A stretch of 26,910 nt of DNA from Folioceros fuciformis. Its lineage: Eukaryota. Each line of letters opens with the position of its first letter. Position 1 is the first letter of the stretch. A program made the position numbers and the translations under genes. Location of the stretch: positions 618,922 through 645,831 of the forward strand of contig JBNGIO010006255.1 of NCBI GenBank assembly GCA_049999805.1, written 5' to 3'. Positions 10,556 through 21,039 of this stretch are shown here, one piece after another. A model generated the notes under the pieces. The model was not told where the DNA came from. It made no database searches and saw only the letters and a program-made list of their open reading frames with translations.

Positions 10556-12854
10556 ATGTCTCCTGCCAAGGGTCTCGTCTTCTTGTGGCTTACGTTGTTC
10601 CTAGGCCTGCTTCTACAGCCTTCCTGCTCCAGGCTTGCTTCAGCAACTGGTAATACGTTGTAAAATTCAAGCTGTGATACGTAGCTGCAGCAGCTAGCTT
10701 GCATGCATGTGGTTAGTGCACTATTATGTGCCACTTGCGATTGGCAATACCCCCAGAGGCTTGAAATTTGTCTCATGAACACGGTTGCCTGGCTGGTATG
10801 CATGACATTGTGTGGCAGGAGGACCATGTACAGCAGTAGAGCAGGCGAAGATCGTGGATGTGCGCAGCGCCAGCGACATTCTTACTCGCACCAACTACCC
10901 CAACACCCAGACCGTGATTCTCAGGCTGCAGAACGACATTACGGTGTCCCAAAGCATCCAGTTCACTGAGAAGTACCAGTGCACCATCTTCAGATCTGCG
11001 ACTGGAAACCAAGGACTGGGATTCAACGTTTCCACGGCTAACGACTCCGTCCCAGCGATCCTGATCTGGAACACCAACAATGTGCTCATCCAGAACGTTG
11101 GGTTCCGTCTCCCTGACCAGGAAACGTATGCGAACTGCTCCACCACGCTGCCCGATGGCGACTCTGACAATGCCAACTGCCCAGCAATTTCTGTGTTCTC
11201 GTCGTGGGGAGTACAGATTGTCCAGGTACCAACGCAGTCATTCAAGCTCGCTAGGCTAAGCCGTGATCCGCATGATTAAGGTTCTGAGCCGTACCTTCCG
11301 TTCTTTGTCTCACACCCCGCTCAATGACATGCGCGCTGGATGGATATCTTGACAGGCAACTATTCATGGACGGATGGACGTCTTGAGAACCAACCAGACG
11401 CTCTTGGACTCGTTGCTCATCCTGACAAAGCTCTCCAATTTCGCTGCGGTCAGATTGAGCTACAATGGCGATGGGCCAAACCTGCAGAGATCTGACGTCG
11501 TCATCTCCAACAGCAGGATCTACGGCAGTACGGACGGCATAATTCTCTACAGGTTTGTACATGATATTCCACAAGTTAAGGCTTAGCGGCGAGTGAATCC
11601 TGTAAGCACAAACAGCTCGCTCCTGGACTCACTCAAAGCATGCAATGGTTCCATGATCGTCACAACAACAGGCAGACAGTAGGAGTGACGATCGCCAACA
11701 ACTACCTGGAGAACAACTTCTTCACAGCCATCCAGTGCGGGAAGAACGCACACAACGTAGGCGACTGCATGCTCACCAACATCGTTAACAACTACATCCA
11801 TGTCACTCCTGGCTTCAACACCACAGCGGATTCCGGCAGCATCTACTTCGACACCCATTGGGTGAACCCAGGAAACCGCCTCTCCTGCAACTACATCATC
11901 AACGGCGTCCACTGCATCTACTTCGACTGGGCTTCCTCCGGAGTGATTGTGGAGGGCGGAGCGTGCTACAACACCACCAACGGCGTGAAACTCAACACCG
12001 GCAAGAACAACCAAGTTTCCAGCCTGGTGGTGGTGGAACCTAGCTATCAGGCCGGCTGGATCAGCTGCCAGAACTACGACATCAACAACTGCGCCCTCGA
12101 CCCCGGCTCGTTCTGGGAATCCACAAGGATTGCACAGTACAACTCCGCCGCGATCCAGAAGGTTAGACCTCCGTTCCGTTCCGTCCCTTCCCTTTCCTCG
12201 CCGTTGCTTAAGTCCCCTACACTATTCCACATGATTGTCGCCAATTTGCGGCTCCATCCACTGCAGGCCTACCCCTACCTCACGAACTTCTGCGCTCGAA
12301 CCTCCATCAACGGCATCAACTGCAACCCTCCCGGCACCGAGCCCACGGCCGCTGTCACAGGAAATTGCAGGTAACTATCATATTCCGTATTCCGCGTGCC
12401 ATTGGGAACTGTTTAAAACTCTCTTGGAGAACCAAGACCAGGTAGCGAGATCGAGAAGCAGAACTGATGCTCATTTCTCGACTCTGTTGGACGATGCAGT
12501 GGGATTCCGACAGAGAACAGCTTGCGCATCACCGTGGTGGACCCGCAGCGGTACAACAAGTCCCTTCCCGCGTACTTGGCCAACTGTGACGGGCTCCAAA
12601 GCGTTCCCAACCTCAACACCATCTCCTACGACGTGTATGATGCTGAGCAAGTCCAGTTTCTGAACGAAGGCGCCTTGGACTTCGGCGTGCAACCATCTTC
12701 GGTCGTCTACGACAACGAGCCAGGGTTCAAGAGTTGCCCTCGATCGGCAGTTGGTGTGAAAGCTGTCAACTCCACCTTGTACGCCGCTCAGTTCTTCAAC
12801 TCTCCCCGAGAAGAGGGTTTCTGGGAGAACGCGAAGTTCGTTCCTGCTCTGTGA
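10556..12854 (+). CDS. Secreted right-handed parallel beta-helix (pectin lyase-like fold) protein, 548 aa, 6 exons
   Basis: Exons 10556-10649, 10819-11225, 11356-11552, 11672-12161, 12267-12370 and 12500-12854 are all GT-AG and phase-compatible. Signal peptide MSPAKGLVFLWLTLFLGLLLQPSCS. Asn-ladder repeats: NNVLIQNVGF, DVVISNSRI, GVTIANNYL, NIVNNYI, DSGSIYFD, IYFDWASSGVIVEG. Many N-x-S/T sites and Cys residues. Confidence 0.8.
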
Positions 12855-14812
12855 AACCATGGTACTGTTCCCGCTCCGTATTATAAACTTAGTTCCTGAA
12901 TCCTTTTTATATTTGACGATTTTATATTTACCCATACGGGGAGTAAATAGAAGCATGTAAAAACTGAATTAGTAGCAGTAGCTACAAACTCCTTGTACAT
13001 ATAACTTTTAGCCTGAGGGCAAATCGTTATTGAAAGTACATATTCTCTTATCCGAATTTGGGAACGTCTCGGGAAAGTTCTGGCGCCTGCGTCCCCGGTC
13101 CATATGGCGCTCCTGTGGAAGGAAGATTTTGAGACCAGAACCTTGCAGGCTGGCTGTGAGGAGCAGTCCCCCTTGTATGTATTGGGAAGCTCGGTCACTA
13201 TCTTACAAGGATATCTGCAGTGCTGCACGAGGAAACCTGATATCAGATATGAAAATTTGTAATGGCAAGAAACTTTGGAAACGGTTGCGTAGCAGAGTGG
13301 AAACATGGTGTGGAAAAGTTGAAACCGAGGCTTCGCACGTTGAGAGCGAGATGCAGACTACATCGGCTGCATCCGTGGAGTGTGAATTGGTAGCCACGGG
13401 ACAGCAGTTCCGGACCTGTCGGCTTCCACTCTCAGATGCTGAACTGAGCTCGCTAGAAGAAGGTCGGCTGTGGGAGCATGAGAGGGGCTCCCAAGCTGCA
13501 CACGGATGGGAAGGCAAGTAGATGTATCTCTGAGGTTGAGGTCCAGGATCAACTCCGTTGCCCCGGAGATTTCATTAGCAGTAGAGTAGCTGGCTCATCG
13601 TGGTTTATGCTTGGAGGAGTTGTGAAGTCGAACGTCCTCTCGCAGCAGAGCAGTTGGATTTATTCCTAGCTGTACATCGTAGTCTTCAACCTAAAACAGT
13701 GTTGCGGTAGACGCTTGGTTTCGAACTTCCCAGCGCATTGCCGGCATGACGGACGTGACCTGGATCTTTCAATGCGTTGTTGATGTTGCAGGCGGCGGAA
13801 GAGATCGACCGAATAATCAGATGGACATTTTTGTGATCGAGTCGCCTAGGAGGAATCAACATGATAGTAGGAGGTGCGCGCTTGCTTTGTGTTGATTCCA
13901 CCACTTCTGTTTAGAACGATTGTTGCCGAAATGGCTCCAGCCGTGACTGACGTAGCTGTTCCAGGAATTGAAGAACAGGACACAACTACACGGCAACAAG
14001 CAATGGAAGACGTGTGGCCTGTATGCTTCTTCCGGCCGACATACCGCACCTCTGACCAGGGCACCATGGCCTGTGGGCATCTTGTGACACAGTGATGAAT
14101 ATATGAGACGTACGACGGTGCTCTCAAGTGTCTGCGTGTTTAGCGTCAGGCAATCCTAGTCTTCACGGCTCTGGTGCTTCGACATCGACATCCCAGTTGT
14201 AAAGCTGGATCATAACTTTTGTTGAAGTCATGTCCGTCCGACAGCGAGCCGATGTAAACCAGTAGGAACTATGCAGCTGCTTTCCTAGGGCTTTCAATAC
14301 TCATCAGTATTGAAAAACCAGTCTGATGCACATGGTATGCCCATACCACCTGTACTTTTGTTTTCTTGTTGTTTATGATTGTTATTAGGTGTACGCATCG
14401 GTTTTTGTGGTTTGTTTTCTCCGAGTCCCGAACACATTTGCATTAGCCAAGGCATTTGACAGTCAGCATGGAAGAGTCCTGTGCGGAAGGCCGAGCCACA
14501 CATCTGGCAGTCTCTCATGATGAAGTGAGGGACGCCATGGCCCCACAATGCATGATACGGAGCACAGTGCCAAGTCGGGGCGCTGGGCTGAAACGCGACA
14601 ACTCCTGTAGATGATGCATGCTGCGGGTGTCCGTCAAGAGGCGACTTTAAATTCGGCGCCTAGTCGCAATCGGTGCCATAAAGATTCACCGGGCCCCTCG
14701 GAGAATTTCAGGTGGAACGAAGGGGAAGCTTCCTGGCTCTGGCAGGCAGCGAATCTGTGGAGCCTGGAGGCCCTTTCCCCTTCCCGCATCTGGCTGGGCT
14801 CACACTGTTGAG

Positions 14813-15763
14813 ATGGGCTCGGATGGCCCTCCTGCTGGCCGGCGTAAGGAGAGCTCAATTCCGCCCCACATCAAGGCCATCTCGGGGTCTCTGGGCGGCC
14901 TGGTGGAGGCAGTGTGCTTGCAGCCCATAGATGTGATCAAGACGCGACTTCAGCTGGACCGGGCGAAGCAGTACAGTGGAATTCTGGACTGCGGAGTGAA
15001 AATTGTGAGGGAGGAGGGCGTCCGGGCGCTGTGGAAGGGGCTCACTCCCTTTGCCACCCACCTCACCTTGAAGTACACCTTGCGGATGGGCACAAACGCG
15101 GTGCTGCAGAGAGCGCTGTCGGACAGCAGTGGCAGACTGAGTGAGGGGAGCAGGGTGGCAGCTGGATTCGGAGCTGGAGTGCTGGAGGCTCTGGTGATCG
15201 TGACGCCCTTCGAGGTGGTGAAGATCAGGTTGCAACAGCAGCGGGGGCTGTCTCCCGAGCTGCTGAGGTACAGAGGTCCCGTGCACTGTGCTGCCACCAT
15301 CGTGAAGCAGGAGGGGATCACAGGGCTGTGGGCTGGAGCATCCCCCACGGTTATGCGAAATGGGTGCAACCAGGCTGTCATGTTCTATGCCAAGAACAAG
15401 TTCGATGCGTTGTTGTGGAACAAGAATGACGGGGATGGCAAGGTGCTGCAGCCTTGGCAGTCCATGATTTCGGGGTTCACGGCTGGTGTGGCCGGGCCGG
15501 TGTGCACAGGCCCCTTCGACGTTGTCAAGACCCGGCTCATGGCGCAGCACAGGTTTGCAGACCACGGGGATGTGAGGTACACTGGCATGTTTCATGCAAT
15601 AGGGCACATTTACAAGGAGGAAGGGCTGCGGGCTTTGTGGAAAGGTCTGCTTCCCAGACTGATGCGAATCCCACCTGGGCAGGCTATAATGTGGGCTGTC
15701 GCTGATCAGGTCACTGGACTTTATGAGCGGAGATACATGAGCAAGAACGAGGTGGGTTTGTAG
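14813..15763 (+). CDS. SFC1: Mitochondrial succinate/fumarate carrier (SLC25), single coding exon
   Basis: 316-aa ORF with three carrier signatures (PIDVIKTRLQ, PFEVVKIRLQ, PFDVVKTRLM). Contains SFC1-typical strings ALWKGLTPFATHLTLKYTLRMG and RIPPGQAIMWAVADQ. Confidence 0.95.
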   Translation: MGSDGPPAGRRKESSIPPHIKAISGSLGGLVEAVCLQPIDVIKTRLQLDRAKQYSGILDCGVKIVREEGVRALWKGLTPFATHLTLKYTLRMGTNAVLQRALSDSSGRLSEGSRVAAGFGAGVLEALVIVTPFEVVKIRLQQQRGLSPELLRYRGPVHCAATIVKQEGITGLWAGASPTVMRNGCNQAVMFYAKNKFDALLWNKNDGDGKVLQPWQSMISGFTAGVAGPVCTGPFDVVKTRLMAQHRFADHGDVRYTGMFHAIGHIYKEEGLRALWKGLLPRLMRIPPGQAIMWAVADQVTGLYERRYMSKNEVGL

Positions 15764-16323
15764 GCAACTCCCATGCCTGTTTTTCGAAATGCTAATTCTG
15801 AGACGACGGTAGGTGCACGACGAACAAAATGTGCCGTCGTGTAGCTACATGTTCCGCAATTTTGAGATCTTCGTTGTTGAGGTACTCACTGGATAGTTTG
15901 TCACATTGTTTTTGTCGTCCTCAGCCTGTTTAACCTGAAGCTGAGAGATGAGCCGTCTTGTAGCTCGTCGAGACACTTTCATCATTCTTTCCCCAGCGAA
16001 GGGACATTTTTTTTTGTGGCGCTGAGCCAGAGTTTCCTTGTGGGTGGGCCAATGGGATTTGAAGCCTGCTTGTGCCTGTTGTAGTGTAGTACCTCGACGT
16101 TCCAGTCATTCCAAATAAATGTACAGTAACGGTGAGGGCGAGACACCGCAATCCTCTAGTCTCCTCCCCGTTCCCAGGAGGCTCATGGTACAGATAGCTT
16201 CTACTGCGCTAACTAGATCTTTCCTACCGTATTTTCACAAGCTTCGAGAAGGAACACGCTGCGCTTGCCCACTGTCAGCGACATGCATGTTTAGCCTAGG
16301 CACAACTTATGAAAGCAACCCCT

Positions 16324-19300
16324 TCAGGTCTTGTACTTCAGAGATGATTTTTCGAATCCAATCGTGGGGAATTGCTTGGCGAAGGCTTCAACCTCATGCT
16401 TCAAAGATGCTATTTCCTGTTTGACGTCCGCATTCGTCTCAACAGCGGTCTTGAAATCTTTCAGCTTCGGGCCTGCGTTCAACCGGAGAGAGTGACTGCG
16501 GAATCAGCTACCTCCACAGACGAAAACACCAGCAGGTAACAAGACTCTTTAAGTTTCACACCTGAAACAGACTTCGCTTTCACAGCGATCTGTACGGCAC
16601 GGTCAAAATATTCAGCAACTTTCTCGAAGTCCTCCTCAGTGAAGCCTCTTGATGTCAAGGCAGGGGTTCCTGGGCCACCCAAGTTCCACAAAACATCAGG
16701 CTCCTTGCTCTATCTAACACTGCCCTGAGGTACGAACTACTTCATCAGTCAGCCCAACACCAACAGAACGCCATAGTATCGTTGCTATGACAACTTGGAA
16801 GCTCACCCATACGAATGCCTCCCGGAACCATCGCAGACACATCTCCAGGAACTGTGTTCTTATTTGCTGCAATGTGGGCCAGTTCCAGTACTCGCTCTAC
16901 TCTGGATCCATCTATACCCTGCACACAAGCGGGCAACCACACACCAAAGCACCATCAGAGTGCTGCGCTGATATGTACGACACCAGTCCCTGATGCATCA
17001 AGACTGGGAGTCAAAAAAGAACATACCCTGCTTTTCAAATTCACCAGGACAAGGTGGTTGTCTGTGCCACCAGAAACGAGCTCATAACCCTTTGCCTGTA
17101 AAGTCTGCACACAAGTTCACCAAAAAAAAACCGTCTCAGTCCAGAAGCCCTCGGTCAACGTATCACAAGGCAGGACAGGCCTCTAACTATGAAAACAGGT
17201 GCGTCTGCACAATACTTTAGCAAATTGGGCGCAGTTATTGAGGACTTGCTCCTGGTATGCTTTGAATTCTGGTGTGCCAGCCTGCAAAACATCAACACCA
17301 GGAGAAACGTACTGGTGAGCAACACAGGCATTACCAATAAATAATTCTAAAACCTTCAGTGACAACAGGCTGACCTGTTTCAAAGCAACAGCAAGCCCAG
17401 CGATTGTATGGTTATGGGGGCCACCCTGAAGTCCAGGGAATACTGCAGCATTGATCTTGTCTTCAAAATCATACAGCACCTGGTCAATGCAACTCATCAT
17501 TGACTTTACTGTCGAAGGTGACTGAGTTTCTGAACGAGTGACCACATAAGCCAGAGAGAGGTAGGAAGACAATTGTGGAACGTTAAAACAGACCTCTTGG
17601 CCTTGCTTGTTCACTTCCTTCACACCCTTCCGGAAGAATATCATAGCACCCCGAGGGCCACGAAGAGATTTGTGAGTGGTGGTTGTCACAATGTCGGCAA
17701 ATTCAAACGGTGACGGGACAACACCAGCCGCCACTAGTCCACTGATGTGAGCCATGTCTGCTAGTAGGATAGCCTTGTGCTTGTCAGCCACCTGCCTTAT
17801 GAAACCACACAAGGACAGGTGCGGGAAGGCATGTCTGTAAGGACAGGTTCGCGGACACAACTTCCCCAAATATTCTGCTTTCACATTGCTTCAAACACCA
17901 TCTCTACCTTGCGCATCCGTGCATAATCGTAGTGGCGAGAATATGCACTGGCTCCAGCCACAATAAGTTTGGGTCTGAAAAGTGCTGCAGATTTCTCCAG
18001 CTGCAGGGCATCCAAGCGCAGGTTCCAGTTCAACTTGAGGTCCGCTTGCAAAGGAGACTGAGTGACAAGAGAGGTTCAGAAACCAACATGGGCATACCTG
18101 ATCATAATCAATGACGCCAGTCTCCTCATTCAATCTGTAAGGCATAGTCTCAAAGAAAATGGAAACTGCTGAGATCTTCTTGGTATCCGTCTTTTGACAC
18201 AGAGGGGACGATTACCCAATTTAGAATACAGAAACAACGAGGCCTAATGCTGACAGGTCCCCAAGAGAGACCACGTGAATGGGGTTTTCAACACTGCTGA
18301 GACGATAGCACAAAGAATGTACGAGGGACAAACCTGATATCCATGAGATAAGTGGCCTCCATGTGGCAAATCTAGAGCCATGATCCGCTCATGTGGCTTC
18401 AGCAAGGCTGTGTACACTTGAAAATTTGAAGGGGACCCTGACAAAGACTGCACATTGACTGCAGCAGAAACGAATTTCCAGAATCCATCAGTACAGTCTC
18501 TTGACAGGGCTTTACCTGGCCACGAGCGAATACGCAGCCACCAGAGATTTGCCAGAGGTGGCATTAGTTCAACATCTAACCTCCCCATTTTGCTGGGTCG
18601 AGCCTGAAGGCCTCCAGTGCCCGCTTCTGGCAGAGGCTCTCTGCCATATCAATGAACCTGCGGACACAAGCAACCAGAGCGCATGGTAAGTGACGGGTAA
18701 CATGATCAGAGAGGCTCCGGCATCCTTTAGAGCGGAGACAACATGAGGAACTTACTCATTGCCTCCATAATACCGTGCACCAGGATATCCTTCACTGTAT
18801 TTGTTTGTCATCACCGACCCTACGGCCTGCATAACTGAGGAGGAGGTGAAATTTTCCGACGGAATGAGCTCCAGTCCCTGATGCACAATCCGAACAACGA
18901 AACCCAAACACGATCAAGTGCTGGGCCAATTGTATACATTTCCGCGAGGAGTTGCACCATGAAGCTCCAATTCGTATCAAACCTTCCATTGCCGATTCTT
19001 CTCCAATTCTATAATGTCGGCCATCTCCGGATCCACCTCTTCCAAAGGAGCATTAAGCTGCTTCGGCCACTGCGCGGAAAAGCTGGTTTAAAACATGTGC
19101 ACGGCAACCGCTATGCAGTGGCCTCAAGACAAGCAACAAGAGGGGTGAGAGGCACGCACAGTCACGTGCGACCTTTCCTTGATGTTCTCGAACCGTGCGT
19201 AGTCTTCCTCGTTAGCCACCGCAGACTGGACAAGAAGACGACCGAGCCAGAACAGTCTCAGATTTGGGTCCAAAGCAACAAAATTTGATCATCGCCCATC

Positions 19301-19449
19301 ACCGCAGACAGGCAGACACGCAGGGCCTCTGACCGCAGACCCCTTACCGTGGCGTAGCGAGAGGAGGACCAGGCCAGAGGCCGCTGTTGCAGAGCCCGAT
19401 ACACCGCAGCTCGGCTGAGACGGCGTAATGCAGCCAGCGGCAAGGCCAT
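16324..19449 (-). CDS. SHM1: Serine hydroxymethyltransferase, mitochondrial type, 526 aa, 15 exons
   Basis: Exons 19449-19348, 19225-19160, 19069-18983, 18877-18756, 18657-18581, 18458-18334, 18190-18098, 18000-17908, 17791-17594, 17479-17375, 17281-17216, 17104-17027, 16918-16807, 16669-16562 and 16472-16324. Motifs: [38 protein letters not shown], the PLP-lysine motif [24 protein letters not shown]. Presequence [16 protein letters not shown]1 versus SHM2 cannot be resolved here. Confidence 0.96.
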
Positions 19450-20227
19450 CGTAGCTGCAGTAGAAGAGTAACGCACCACAAAGCACCGCAACCCAGAAGT
19501 GCAAAGGTAAGCAGGGTGCTCCAGAATTGCTCACGCCAGATACTTATCGCAGTTCTCGTTCTCGCAATCTTTGATTTGCGAGCGAGCGCTCCGGTGTCTG
19601 CTGTTGCGCCGTCGTGCCTGGCATGGCACAGACAAGTTGCCTCTGTCCTGCATCAGCCAACGTGGGCCCTCCTCCGCAACCCGAGCTCTTCCCACCTACC
19701 GATTTGGGGAAGGCCCCAGCCACATAACGTGGATTGTGTGCTTCTGTAAACAGACCTCTGAGGTGGGTTTTCGAATTGTGATTTCGTTAGCGCCATGGTT
19801 ATAGCACAGTTCGAAGAGAATCATCAGGCTGGCAAGTCGGGACAACGAGGGATATAATACATGTGGCACTGTCAGCCTTGTCAGCACATGGCTTGCTTTA
19901 TGCCTCTCATCGGGACAGGCAGATGGAGTCACCGTCGAGGTTGTCATTATTTTTGTTTCCTCTAGATTCACTCGCTAGCTACCACGGAGTAAGACTATTC
20001 CTGAGGTGAATTGAGCTCTCCCTGCCATCCATTTCACCAGAACCGGTCTCGATGAGCTTGGAGTTGTTGTGACATGAGCGGTTTGTGTTGGCTATGGCAG
20101 TCCTCACAACGGTTTGGTCCAGCAGCATGAGTAAGATGAGCCTACTGCCTGCAGCACGTACGCTCGCCGGTGGCCGGGGAGCTCAAGAGTGGAGCGCTCC
20201 AAAGCTAGATCTTGCATGATCCACTCA

Positions 20228-20746
20228 CTACTCCTTCTTGGGCCTGGGGACGGGCTTGTAATCAAAGGAATCGATGTCAAGGTTCACCTTCCTCCGCAGG
20301 GCCTGCCACCAGAAGCAACGCAAGCCATGCTTCAGCGCCACGACCCTTCAGCATGGACTTGGAACACATGGGATCAAGGGCACAGATTGAGCCACCTCCA
20401 ACTCTTGCTGCAGATCCAATTTCTTGGTAGGCTTGACATCAGGGATAGGGCCCTCCCTGGACAGAGATTTGGTTGCCTTGATCAACGCCCACTCCACGTC
20501 TTCCCTAGTCTCCTTCAACTGCTTCCTGTGCAGCAAACCCACGTCAGGCAGGCCCTAGAGCCCTGACGGAACTCCAGACAAACGGTGGCAACACCAGCAG
20601 GTAACAGGAATAGCCACCCACCTTCCCTGACCCATGTACCCGATCCCTAGCCAGCCCAACACGGTGAAGGAGACGAGCGGGACTCCAAACAACAAGGGGT
20701 TTTGCCTGCCCCGTCTCCTGAAGGTGGATGATTTGGTCCAATTCAT
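20228..20746 (-). CDS. COX16: Cytochrome c oxidase assembly factor COX16, 109 aa, 3 exons
   Basis: Exons 20746-20622, 20525-20396 and 20302-20228. Translation: ...NPLLFGVPLVSFTVLGWLGIGYMGQG (one TM helix) RKQLKETREDVEWALIKATKSLSREGP...LDLQQELEALRRKVNLDIDSFDYKPVPRP, the plant COX16 pattern. Confidence 0.9.
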
Positions 20747-21039
20747 GATCAACACAGACGGCACAAAAATACGAAGCTGACGACGCCGGTTACACACACT
20801 ATATATCCGTCTAGGTCTACAAAACCAATTTTGGCGGGTTTTACGTCCAGATATGGGCCGTGAGGCAAGGATTGCGTAGGACTCAGGTTGATCTCTTTGT
20901 GGATTGCGATGCACAAATTCTGCATTACCGGCCTGGGCGACGTGATGGTCGACTGGATGCTGCTGTAAGCGAGCAGGGTCCAGGAGAGAGGGAGGCAGGG
21001 AAGGAAGAAGGCAGGCAGGGGAGGTCTCAGAGGACGGCC
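20747..21039. promoter_or_regulatory. Short bidirectional promoter region between COX16 and DnaJ
   Basis: 293 bp separate the divergent ATGs. TATATA lies near 20800 and TGGGCC at 20854-20859. Confidence 0.55.

Noticed and set aside
14855-15607. 250-aa ORF antisense to SFC1
   Set aside because: Typical antisense shadow of a GC-rich CDS, with no recognisable motifs.
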